A stretch of DNA of 64,000 nucleotides, from the NCBI GenBank assembly GCA_964188305.1, contig OZ076889.1; one strand, 5' to 3'. This stretch comes from Podarcis bocagei. Lineage: Eukaryota. The position numbers and the translations under genes are program-made. The notes under the pieces were generated by a model, which made no database searches, was not told the DNA's origin, and was given only the letters and a program-made list of their open reading frames with translations. This document shows positions 1-11,710 of the stretch, piece after piece; position 1 is the stretch's first letter; each line of letters opens with the position of its first letter.

Positions 1-733
1 AGATGGGATAAAATGCTAGAGAACTTGTGCGACTTGTACTAAAGCTAAAATGTGACTTGCTGTCTATGCAGGGAATGCCTGTACTTTTAAAATCTGTTCA
101 GTGACAAGTGGATTATACTCCCCACTCCACAGTGGAACCCAAGCTATTGTACCAAAAAATCAAAGGCCTATGCTGAACTTGGATGAAACGTTTCTCTGGA
201 AATCTGCAATGTTTTTGTCTTATTTTGTACTTAGCTGTTTCTGCCTACTGTATCCCCCCCCCCTCTGTCCTTGTTCCTTGTTCTCACTGCTTTCTTTCAA
301 GTGTCTTGCCAAAGTCCACCAAATCAGCATCATAGCCAAGTGAATATCTATACCTGGCTTTCCCACAACCAAGCTTTCTCCACTACAGAATATTTATCCC
401 CTCCCATAAAAGGCCCAGTGCAGCAAACAGGAATTATTTAAGGAAAGTGGGGAGGGAATCTGCATGCAGTGCATAACTTTCCACAAAGCTCAGCATCTCT
501 TTGCAACATTATGTAGGATAAGAAAGTTGTATTGGCCCAGTTTCCAAAATGTGCCACTAGGACAGAGAGAAGCCACAAGGGCTAGTTCACACAACTTTTT
601 TAACATGTAGGTCACAGCTTGAATGTTGGACATGGTGTTCAGTCTTGTGAATGCTCCAGATGTATGGGCATTGCTTATTTGAAAAACCTCCACAATGTGT
701 CTTAGGATAGAAGTTAGTGGTGAGCCACAATAA

Positions 734-978
734 AGAGCCAGTGTGGTATAGTGGTTAAGAGCGATGGACTCGTAATCTGGGGAACCAGGTTCGCGTCTCC
801 GCTCCTCCACATGCAGCTGCTGGGTGACTTTGGGCCAGTCACACTTCTTTGAAGTCTCTCAGCTCCACTCCCCTCATAGAGTGTTTGTTGTGGGGGAGGA
901 AGGGAAAGGAGAATGTTAGCCACTTTGAGACTCCTTCGGGTGGTGATAAAGTGGGATATCAAATCCAAACTCTTCTTC
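734..978 (+). mobile_element. tRNA-derived SINE, Squam3-like, near full length
   Basis: A-box-like GTGGTATAGTGG and B-box-like GGTTCGCGTCTCC head; body resembles the recalled squamate Squam3 SINE; (CTT)n tail. Confidence 0.75.
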
Positions 979-2156
979 AATCTTAACACATAATGGAGAC
1001 ATACAAGACCATTCACAATGCCAGACAGTGTCAAGAAATGTAATCTCCCGATGGGTTACATAGCTTTGACCCAAGTGACTTTTCTTAATGTTAAACAACA
1101 TCTGAAGCAGAAAAAACAACTTGCATCCTTGAATTTAAAAAGCCCAGCTCTTGTGCCCCCATTGATTTAGCTGTGTTGCACAAATGGGAAGATTAATCTG
1201 GAATGTCATGGCTGGGGTCTATTGGAGAATGGTGCTTTCCTTGAGGAAGCCAATGTCCTTAGTGGTGCTTCTGTACAACTAGATAATAAGAGATTAGAGG
1301 AAATCTAAAGCTACTAACAGGCACATCCTTAAAAGCTGTTAGAGCTGCCAACAGGCCAGTCCTTAGAAGCAATTGCAGTAATGATGCCGTTTGCCTAAGA
1401 AGGGTTGTCTGTTGTTCAGGAGAGCTAGGATCAAGTTGCTCTGAGAACGTAAACCAGGTCCCTTGTGGCTTTCTCCCTGTCTCAGGCAGCCTCTCATCTT
1501 TCTTCTAAAGAGCACATTTGACTTCCTAATGAAGCACAGTAGGGCTCTCTGTCTTCAGCACCCTTCATCTGGCTTCTTGATTCCCCATTTCAGCAGGAGA
1601 GGGAGTGTAGGCACAGACAGACAATAATTCACTCACAGGCTAGGAATAGACGTGAGAAATGGCTTTACCTTTGATGGCTCATCTCTGCCTTCCATTCCTT
1701 CTGCACCTTGCTAAACTAAAAGTCCTTTTGTTACTTCTGATGTTTCCTTTTTCTTTCCTTCATTTCTCTGGCATATGGTTCCTTCCCTTTTTTCATCAAA
1801 AGCCTCCTGAAGATCTCAAAGAGAAGCTCTCTCACCGGATTTCCCATTTTGAGATAGGCTAACGTTGCCTACAGGTAAAGTTTTTATCCACTGGGGCCAG
1901 GGAGGAGATAAGAATATACCCCATGGAAGGAATAATACAAAGCTCTGCTTTTCAGAGAACGGGGGTGGGGGTGGGGGGAAGCTTCCTCTGGTACAGTAGA
2001 GAATTGCACAAAACAGGTATTGGTATAACTGCTGTATGTGCATACGCTAGACTGAATCCCTTGTGCCAGTTTAAGTTACAGATGAATTAACCAGTATGAG
2101 AGAACGAGAGAGTTATGCTTCCCCATGGTTAAACAGTTTAAAAAATAATGAGAATT

Positions 2157-2189
2157 ATTGCTGCTGCTGCTGCTGTTGTTGTTATTGCT
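2157..2189. repeat. Compound (GCT)n(GTT)n microsatellite
   Basis: Directly visible. Confidence 0.85.
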
Positions 2190-2994
2190 ACCTGGCTTTT
2201 CATAGACAAGCTTTTTATTTGAGCATGCTGGTTTGCTTTTCAGATCTGGATAATTTCTACATGTGTAAAACCAGCACCTTTGGGACAAATCTGACAGGAG
2301 GATCTGACATTACCATGCAGGCAAATGTAACATCTGTAAACTACTGGCTTAGATAAGAGCCCCATTATTCAGGTGCCATACAGATGTGGTGATGAAAGCA
2401 GTCTTACTCTGTTAAGAGCCATTTTTGAGAGATGACTCTGCAAATCTAACAGCATGTGGCTACATGCTCATTCACACTTGGCTTTTTCAGGTCCAAGCCC
2501 AAATGTTGTGTGTGAAACAGGTTTTAAAAATAGCTGTGTTATGCTTCATTGCTGTTCCTCTCCAATCACCATAAACAACACTGCAATTGTAACATTTCCA
2601 TCAATTTCTCAGTATGCAAAGCTTTTTCTCCTGCAGTTCAGTTGACTTTCATTAGCTAGCAGAAGAGAACAGAGGAAATAAATAGACTCATACAGTACAA
2701 TCTATATATTCTGACTTAAAAGTAAGCTTCCTTAAGTTCAGTGGAACCTACTCCCAGGCAAATGGGCATAGGATTGCAGTCCTTGTATATCTTCCTTCCA
2801 ACGTTTTTTAAAAATCAGAAATGGCTACGAGATGCTATGAGTTCAAGGGGAGGAATGGCAGAATCCCCACTCCTGGCACAACATTTTTATGTGCTCAAAA
2901 TTGTTGTGCAAGCTGCTTTTCCACTGATGGAAGAAAATATACTGGCGGGGCAAATTCTCCTTCTTGTAACAATCAGGATAAATATGCACAATAT

Positions 2995-3202
2995 TCATAG
3001 AATCATAGAATCATAGAGTTGGAATAGACCACAAGGGCCATCGAGTCCAACCCCCTGCCAAGCAGGAAACACCATCAGAGCACTCCTGACATATGGTTGT
3101 CAAGCCTCTGCTTAAAGACCTCCAAAGAAGGAGACTCCACCACACTGCTTGGCAGCAAATTCCACTGTCGAACAGCTCTTACTGTCAGGAAGTTCTTCCT
3201 AA
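2995..3202 (-). mobile_element. CR1 LINE 3' end
   Basis: (CATAGAAT)n is the reverse complement of the CR1 (ATTCTATG)n tail; typical CR1 3' sequence follows. Confidence 0.8.
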
Positions 3203-4775
3203 GGGGGATTCCATGCCATGTTTAGTTTGGGCCTATTCCTCCTTTGCACGAGTTCTCTTCTTCACATGTGAGCAAATTTTGCACCCACTTCATGTTCATG
3301 TGCAATTAATTATATTGTGATAGGATGCCGTACAGCCTCACAGCTCTAAGCCAGAGCCAAAGTAGGGAATTTAAATGGCAGACTGGTTCAATCACTGGTA
3401 CAGCTATGCTACTGCTATCTACACAGGGACCAAAGTAACATCACACATTGGCTCAAGACTTTTTGCTGCCTGATGAAAATCCCAAATGGTGCACATGCAC
3501 ACACCCCTAAGGCCATCTCTATTAAAGGTTTGCTGCACCATTCAGAAACCAATTCCTGCCTTCAACTCAATGTGTTGCCTGAAGTAGGTGGTTTCACTGT
3601 GCTTCAAGGCAGGACTGATGCTGGATATGCCATAATGGGACCTTCCCATCCCTTCTCATGTCTGCTTTCTCAAGTCATCTGTGGCCTGTTGTTGTGCCAT
3701 ATTGTAGAAGCAGCTGGAAGCTTTTGGCTGTTGCCTCTGTGCTTCCCATAGTCCCTTCCACCTTCAAACAAGAGATGCACTCAGCTAGTTGCCTGTTTCA
3801 GATACCCTTCCCCACTTCCTGGGAAAATGCAGACGCTACGCTATTTGTGTCCTTAATTAGAATCACAGAATAATTGGGCCCTCTGCAGTTGCTTGCTCAG
3901 AAAGCAAATAGTTGTGAAAGACTGTGTCATTGTGCAGGTGGCATCAGAAACCCAGCTTCATTCCACCAAAACAATCCACCTTTTGTTTGCTAATTTCCAG
4001 ACCTTCAGGCATCCTCCGGAACTCTTTCCAGGGAAGGGGCATGGTCTCTGACATGAAGGGCTCAATTTTTCTGGCAAGCTGCAAGGAGCTTTGTGGAAGA
4101 TGCTGTTTGTAAGGCCGGGAAAAGGGACTTGCTACTTTCCCAAGATCCCAGCCCTGCTGTTAATATAGACAGGGTCCAGTTCTGGAGATTTGTGGCATGT
4201 AGAGCTATTTGTGTCACTGAGCGCAAAAACCCTCCCAGGCTATCATGCTTGCATTTTGCATCCACTTGGCATTGGCGAGGGAGGCTGGGCAAAGTGCAGG
4301 CAATGACGAGTTGAGGCTGTGTTTCTGCAAGTCCCTCTCATTTTAAAATCTCTTATTTCATTGGAGATTGCAGTTTCTCTGATGTGCTGATTAGTGTGTT
4401 GGCCATTTTCCCCATGCCCACCTCTGGTATACAGCCCTGGAGGGTAGGGCCAATTCTCAGTGTGGTCCTTGGGCAAAAAAGAAAAAAAGAAAAGAAAAGA
4501 TAAATCGGGTGTAAAAGAAGGAATTGCAGACAGCATTTTGTCAAGTCCTCTTTTGTCATGCAGATGTGAAAAGCTGCACCTGTTGAAATTCTCCTGTACT
4601 GTATACACCTACTAAAAGTACAGAATCTTGCCCTCTGTTTCTTAGCCGAAGCACAATCTAGCATTTGAATTGGATGTGCAGACTAAGCCCATGTAGAGAG
4701 ATCAGGATCATGATGGCTGGCTATGCTTCAATGTATGTGTTACTGGTCCCATCCTTTGAATGCTGTGCGTCTAGC

Positions 4776-5198
4776 TAGGGCTGGGCGATATATCCATGTA
4801 TCATCCAAAACTGGTTTGAAGTCCATATCGTGATATCGGTTTCATATTTTTTGACCAGGTAATATATCCTAAATCATGGGGTGGGTGGGTGCGCGCGTGC
4901 GTGCGTGCGTGCGTTATGCACAAATCACAATGTGGGAAAATCCGTGAAGCCAGCCAGTGTTTCTCTCAATTCCTGCAGCCCCATTAACTCTGCCAGCTCA
5001 GCTCTCCCCTGCCTCCTGCAGGGGGCAGTGAATTGAAAGAGCAAGCACTGGCAAAAATCACAGTGCCGGAAAAACCATGAAGCCAACCAATGCCTCTACA
5101 TAGCTCTATCCTTATTTCAGAAATTGTGATATATTGGTATCACAATGTTTAGTTGGTGATATCTCACAGTGCTAAAAACCAGATATCACCCAGCCCCA
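4776..5198. mobile_element. Non-autonomous hAT transposon (MITE)
   Basis: TIRs TAGGGCTGGGCGATAT / ATATCACCCAGCCCCA; 8-bp TSD CGTCTAGC / CATCTAGC (one CpG-type change). Confidence 0.8.
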
Positions 5199-5468
5199 CA
5201 TCTAGCAAAAGATGAGAAGGGGGATCTATGGCTATATGCACGCAGGCTACCTGCACCTTCTTTCAGGAAACTGGCAAGACCATAGTTCCCAATTCTGTCT
5301 TTGAACATGTATGCTTTTTATGTCCTGGGCAACATGTCTATTAAATTTTATTTAAATGCTCTTCAATGACTATATGTTTCAGTCAGGAACTCTGCTTTTT
5401 GTGTACTTGAAACTGTTCTTTTTAGCAATGGGGTGTTATTTTCTACAATTTTGTCTATGTACCTAGAG

Positions 5469-5604
5469 CAGGCTTCCTCAACCTCAGCCCTCCAGAAGTT
5501 TTTGGCCTACAACTCCCATGATCCCTAGCTAGCAGGACCAGTGGTCAGGGATGCTGGGAATTGTAGTCTCAAAACATCTGGAAGGCCCAGGTTGAGGAAG
5601 CCTG
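5469..5604. mobile_element. Palindromic hAT MITE
   Basis: TIRs CAGGCTTCCTCAACCT / AGGTTGAGGAAGCCTG; perfect 8-bp TSD ACCTAGAG at 5461-5468 and 5605-5612. Confidence 0.9.
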
Positions 5605-7853
5605 ACCTAGAGAGCCCTAACAGCATTTTTCCTATTATCTGTTACCTAGATCTACATCTTTACAGTAATGCAATCGTCCTTAGAGGAGTAACATTATCAA
5701 CAGCTATCAATCCCCCCCCCCATTTCTTAATTTAAAAAGGCATCATTGACCATTGGGCATGCTGGCTGAGGCTCATGGGAGTTGAGCTCTACAACATCTG
5801 GAGGACCACAGGTTCCCCATTCCTAATACGAGAAAAGGCGCCAACATTGTGGGCAAGCAGGGTGTTATGACACATGGAACTAGATTGCTGTTAAGAATGA
5901 GCTAAAGAGCATCAAGGGCCAGCAGTCACTGTTCCACAGGGGGTAGGGGGACTATGTGCAATAGGCTGGAATTCAGTTCAAATTGCAAATAGTTTCACTG
6001 CCTCTTAGTCTATTCACATCTGTCTCTTTCAGAAAAAGAAATTATTCCCTTGCCATCTGCCCCCGTGTGTAGTAAATCAATAGCTACCCTTAACATACAA
6101 CAGAATCCAAGTGCCAGCGATTCAGAATCCTTTTACGATTAAATCCATCCTGGCTCTCTGAGCAGTTTCATCAGTACTAGCAACCTATTAATCACTGCTT
6201 CATTTTGAGGAAGCAAGGCCAAGGGAAAGTTGCTGAAGAGGATCTGATCATGGCTTGGCCAGCCGTGGCAGGTGCTTGCAAAAAAAAGTGAGCCCAGTTT
6301 AGAAAAGGGAAGGCATCATCATGCCTGAGCACAGTTCACCCTTACAGTTACCACCTGACCTCAGTAGATCATATTATTCCCAAAATACGGTAATAAGATT
6401 ATTCACAACCTAGCTATCTGCACATCACTTCTGCTTTTAATCCCTTGTGCAAAACTTCCTGAGCTGTGCTCCAAGCTGTAGGGGCATTGAGGTTTAAGAT
6501 GCTTATTTTCCTCAAACTTTGCACCATATCAAACAAGGGTTAGGAACCTCAAGCTGTGTGGCCCTTGGGACCCTCCCTAGGCCATGCCCCCTTCACAGGC
6601 CATACCGCCTTCCCAAGCTCACCAGTCCCACTCAGACCACAGTTCAGGCTGGATGTAGATAATTGGTCCGGCTCATTCCCTGCTTGTGCACTGCTAACAC
6701 TGAAATTCACATTGTTAATCAGCAGTGTCAGAAACCTCCTGTGCTTGCTTGTGAAGAAACCTGTGCTAACCCCTATGTTTCTTTAGCTTTTAGCCGTCAC
6801 ATATTTCCCCTGCAGAAACTATTTCTGTGGGCACCAGAGAGGACTGCTGATGCACCACAGTATTGTATACTGCTCATTGTTCTTCTTTTATTAAATGGGA
6901 CGAGAAATAGAAGGAGGAAGAAGGCTAAGCATCCCCTGACATCAGTCTGCTGTCAGAGACTTTGGGAGAGCTGCTGTAGAAATGTTTGAATTAGCATTTC
7001 CACAGAGGACACAAAAGCCAAGGAGCCGCAGTGTGAGCAAGCAAGGCTCTCCTTAATCCAGTTATCAAAGTACTTGCAGCTACAATTTGCAAGGGGAGGT
7101 GTGACGGCAGCAGATACTGAGGAAAAAGAATTCATCTGTGGCTGCTGGCGCAGAAGGGATATATATTTAGGCAATCATTTGGAGAAGGCCAGCCATTTTT
7201 ATAATACAGGTTATATAAGAAACTTGGGTGCTTCTTAACAGGAGATACCTAAAATCAATTACTGAAATAACTGCAGGTATATGAAGCACTAATAACGAAC
7301 AGTAAACCAAGTATTTTGCTGGATGTGGCATAAATGCAGCTTATCTGAGATTGAGGAAACTAAAGGGAAATTGTGGTATAGCCATTCTTGGAGAGGGTCA
7401 GAAATGAAATATGTAAACTACCTACAGCATAACTGCCATACCTAGCAGACCAGGGCATCAATCTGAGAGAGAGGATGGTTCTGAAATCCATGGCAGGATC
7501 TTCCACATCAGCTCCACATTTGTTCAATCAAGGCCCCGTGCAGAAAAGAGTAAGCATATGAGTAAGTCAAGAATGGGAGCCACAGTAGTGCTCACCAATT
7601 TGTTTGATAGAAATAATCCCTTTATGCCCCAAAGAGTCCTAGTTCGAATAGCCAGTGTTTTAATTGCTGTTAACAAGTAGGAAACAATGCCCCCATCTCC
7701 CATCCACCAGGATGTCTGCTGAAGGCTGTTGCATGAACTAAAATTAAACATTAATATGGAATGGAGCGTCTGATTTATGTGAGGCAGAGCCTTGGCCAAT
7801 TTAGAGATATTTGCAGAGTGCATCAAGGCAATAACAAGTGTTACTACTAAAAA

Positions 7854-8154
7854 CAGGTGAACTCCCGTTGCTCTGTCCCAGCTTCTGTTAACCTAGCAGT
7901 TCAAAAGCACACCAGTCCAAGTAGATAAAGAGGTACTGCTGCAGCCGGAACGTAAACGACATTTCTGTGCACTCTGGCTACCGTCACGGTGTTCTGTTGT
8001 GTCAGAAGTGATTTAGACATGCTGGCCACATGACCCAGAAAGCTGTCTGTGGACAAATGCCAGCTCCCTTGGCCTGAAAGCAGAGCGGAGAGCCGCACCC
8101 CATAGTCTCCTTTGACTGGACTTCACCATCCAGGGGCCCTTTACCTTTACCTTT
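7854..8154 (+). mobile_element. Sauria (POM-type) SINE, 5'-truncated and diverged
   Basis: Aligns by eye to the copies at 19884 and 49716; (ACCTTT)n tail; flanking CTACTAAAA repeats. Confidence 0.85.
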
Positions 8155-9357
8155 GCTACTAAAATCCTATCTCTCACCAGATTTGGTTAGTCCTAGGAGT
8201 AGGGAGGGCTCCTTCCTGACAGCCACATCCAGAGCCACTTGAGATAAATACATTTCAGATGTTTGTTAGTGCATTTATATTTCTACATGCTGAAACATGT
8301 AGCTAAGTAATGCCCTAGCTAACCTGTCTGGATGAAGAGAAAGCAGTTTATTTATTAAAATATTTATACCATGCTATTCATTAAAAATATCAGAACGGTT
8401 TCCAACAGTTATACATAAAACCATACAATAAATGCCATGTGAAAATTTTGCTAGCACTTCTTCCAATTGCACAGAGAACAAGACCAGCTTGCACAGCTAT
8501 GCCTTTTTGCTGGTGCACTATGAGAGCTCGACAGCTCCCCTTGTGTTTCTGCTGCACGTAGCCAGACAAGGTAAAAGGCTGTAGCATCGCTGATGTGAAA
8601 AAGGGTAGTTGCCCTCCAGGCATAGGTGCTAATGGTTTCGTGACAGCTCTACTCCCAGCACATACTGTAGGCGGATGCTTCTGAAAGCTGTAACTAGAAC
8701 CTGTGAGTGTGTGTTATCAATTTGTGGGACAATAGCAGGTGACAGGCTTAGAGCCACAGCCTGGGGATATTATATCTGGAAGTAATTCCCCCAGGGTGGG
8801 GCTGTGATAAAGGCTGCTGCCTGGAGCTTAACAATGGCGAACAACTGAGTGCCCTGTTAGAGCCTAGGCCAAATAAGAATCCGTGTTCAAGAGAGGCAGG
8901 GGAATCTAGACAAGAGATGCTCATGATTATGAGGCTGACGCAGTGCTGAACTCCAATTGGGGATATCAGTTTACACCAGTTGCTCACGTGAATCCTGGCC
9001 AAGACTGTTAATCTCCCTGCCAACGGAGGTGACAGAGAGTAATGCCTGCTGATATTTCCTGAACCCTTTGAACTAGAAACAGATTGGGAACCTCTCCATC
9101 CTTTGCCTAAAACTGCTTAATGGCAAGCTGGGTTCAAATTAAAGCCCAAATAGCATGTTTTCTCCAGTTTCCAATTAAGCCCATCTAGCCAGGTCCTGTT
9201 TTATAAACTACTCTTGGAGTTTATTATGAACTGAACTTGTACTAACTCCTCAAAATCAGACGTGATCCAGATACACAAATACCTAATTGGAACCCCCAGT
9301 ATGTGTCGCTTCTGCAGATATATCCTTATATATTTATAGATCCTTCTCCATCTAAAT

Positions 9358-9492
9358 CAGGGATGGGGAACCTATGGCTGTCCATATGCTGCCCTATAGT
9401 TCCCATCACCTCTGACCATTGGCCCTGATGGCTGGGGTGAATGAGAGTTGGAATCCAACAAAATCTAGAGAGCAACAGGTATTCCATCCTTG
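9358..9492. mobile_element. Older palindromic hAT MITE
   Basis: CAGGGATGGGGAACCT ... AGGTATTCCATCCTTG ends; TSD ATCTAAAT / ATCTAAAG. Confidence 0.7.
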
Positions 9493-10441
9493 ATCTAAAG
9501 CAAGTGGTGCAGTTGATTGGAACTTGAGATAGGATCTCCTCTCTATCAGCACCCCAGTCCCAAAGGAAATCCCTGGTGGTTTTTAAGTTGGCAGTAAAAT
9601 GTTTCTACTGTCTTTCATGAGGCTTTTAATTGTGTTCAGTTTGAATACATTATTTAATTTCTCTGCTCTTTATGTATCTGATCTTTGCTAAAACATGTTT
9701 AATAATTTTATTTTTTCCTCTGTGTGTTTAAACTGCCTTGTTTAGAGCTGAAAAGTGGCTTAGAAATATTCTTAATGAATGAATGTAAATAAATGTCATA
9801 ATGGAGTTATCTGCCCACAGTAATGCTTCTCCTGTGTTTGACCAAAATGACACAAAAAATGAGCTAGGTTCATCAGCTTTTATGTTAGCATCTCAATTAC
9901 AAAAGGTAACCCTCACTCCCACAGATTCTTGGCCTGAGGACACCTCAAGCAGTTGCACTCAGGTAAGCTGCCTTATGAGCTGACTGAAAGCCTATTTGCC
10001 CCTACAATACTTAAGTCCATAAATGTCCATTTCTCACAGTCTGATGGAGCTTAGACGGTAGCATTGTGAAGTTTTAAGCAAAAGCAGAATCATAATAGCA
10101 AAACACATATTTTTCCCAATTTAGAACTTATATTTATTTGTATGGAATCAAGGCAGCAGAAAAAGACATACTGCTTGAAAATAAAACGTTGCATTATAAT
10201 ATCACTTATAAAACTTTATAAAACTGTTAGTGGGCTCAGCTAAACAGGTACGAAAATTACCAATTCCCAGAATTTTTTAATTTCATTGTTCAAACCAGGA
10301 GGAAGCAGATTGGGTTAGAGACACAAGCCCCTGAACAACATTATCATAACAAATACACATGGGTTGGATGCAAAAAGGACAAGAAGCAGCCTGAGTTTCT
10401 CTGGAATGCCAGCAGGGGCCCTAGATGACACTGGGCCCAGG

Positions 10442-11710
10442 CAGGGCTAGTGCTGTCATTGGGCCAATTACACAGTCACCTAGGGTGCAGATATCAAGAG
10501 GGGCACAGTATTGACCTTTGAGGGGCACAATTTCATATAGATTAGTTTTTGTTCTATCTTATAAGATATTGCAAAGCAGCTGGAAATACTACCGAACTTT
10601 GAGACAGAACAAGTTAGAAAAAGGAGAAAGAAACAGCAGTTTGAGTATGAGGCCCAAGAAGAGGCACCACAAGATGCAAAGCAGAAATTCAAAGTAGGTT
10701 TCAACTATGTTGTCTTAGACATGGCCACACAAGCTGTTGAAGAGAGATTCCGACAGCTACAACAATGGAATTCCCAATTTGGCTATGATATATACAGTAT
10801 CAACAAAAAATATATATTGAAGACATACTTAATGTTAAGTTGTGGGTGAACATATCAGACGACACAGCGATTCTTCAAACAGCTCTTGTTTATTCACAGG
10901 CCAGAACAGAACTGAACTGAAGGGTTCAGTCAGCCTGCTTATATAGAGCTCCAGTACAACGTAACTGTAACAATTTTCTAAAACTATCCAATCACTGAAC
11001 ATCACTTTCGATCCCTTATTTGCATAACTATCTACACTATCCCCCTGCTGGCCCAGGGTGAGAACTTCAGTACATAACACTTAAGGCCTGCAAGAATTTC
11101 AAAAAATCATTGATGCACAATGGAAACAACGATATTGATGCTGAAAGTCTGTGAGTGTGAACTTATAACTCAAAGAATCCAAAGTCCATACCACCACAAC
11201 AAAAACTGTTGGGTAATGTGCCTAATGTTTCTGTTGCTCTAGGGATCCTTCTCACATTTCCAGTGTCAGTGGCAAGTGGTGAACACAGTTTCTCAAAGCT
11301 CAAACTTATATAAACTGACATACACCGAACAATGGTGCAAAATAGACTAGTTGGCTTACCAACTATATCAGTTGAACATGCCTAAGCATCAGCCTGAAGG
11401 AACTGGTAAACGAAAAGGCATGCAAAGTGAGATTTTGATATGCCTGAAATTGAAACTTTTAAGGAACTTAAATTTTAACATCACAGTTCACAAAATTACT
11501 CAAAATGATTTATGTGCTAAAACATTTTCTTTTGTATTTGAGAAAAATAATAAAATATTTTTGTATTACTTATTCTTGCAATTTAAAATAAATTTAACAG
11601 TTTCAAGTTTTGTGCTTGTTGCTTTTTCTACAAGACATGTCTTTTTGAAAATTGAAGTTAGCAATTTTGGGAGGTATGTGCATGCAAGGGCACAAAATAG
11701 CCTGGCACTG
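10442..11710 (+). mobile_element. Decayed, internally deleted hAT DNA transposon with transposase C-terminal remnant
   Basis: Translation gives RKRRKKQQFEYEA...FKVGFNYVVLDMATQAVEERFRQL and, after the LTR, PNVSVALGILLTFPVSVASGEHSFSKLKLI (hAT dimerisation domain) with stops/frameshifts; imperfect CAGGGC.../...GCACTG ends, so boundaries are approximate. Confidence 0.8.
10833..11079 (-). mobile_element. Solo LTR (247 bp) inserted in the hAT transposase
   Basis: TGTTA...TAACA termini; perfect 5-bp TSD CTTAA (10828-10832, 11080-11084); minus-strand TATATAA (10939-10945) followed by AATAAA (10889-10894). Confidence 0.88.

Noticed and set aside
734-810. tRNA gene-like sequences (also at 17325-17400 and the Sauria SINE heads)
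   Set aside because: These are SINE heads continuing into SINE bodies and tails, with no intact cloverleaf
1669-1695. Minus-strand ATG...AAG|GTAAAG mini-exon (MEGRDEPSK) as an alternative first exon of the upstream neighbour
   Set aside because: No recognisable homology or promoter; such a match is expected by chance
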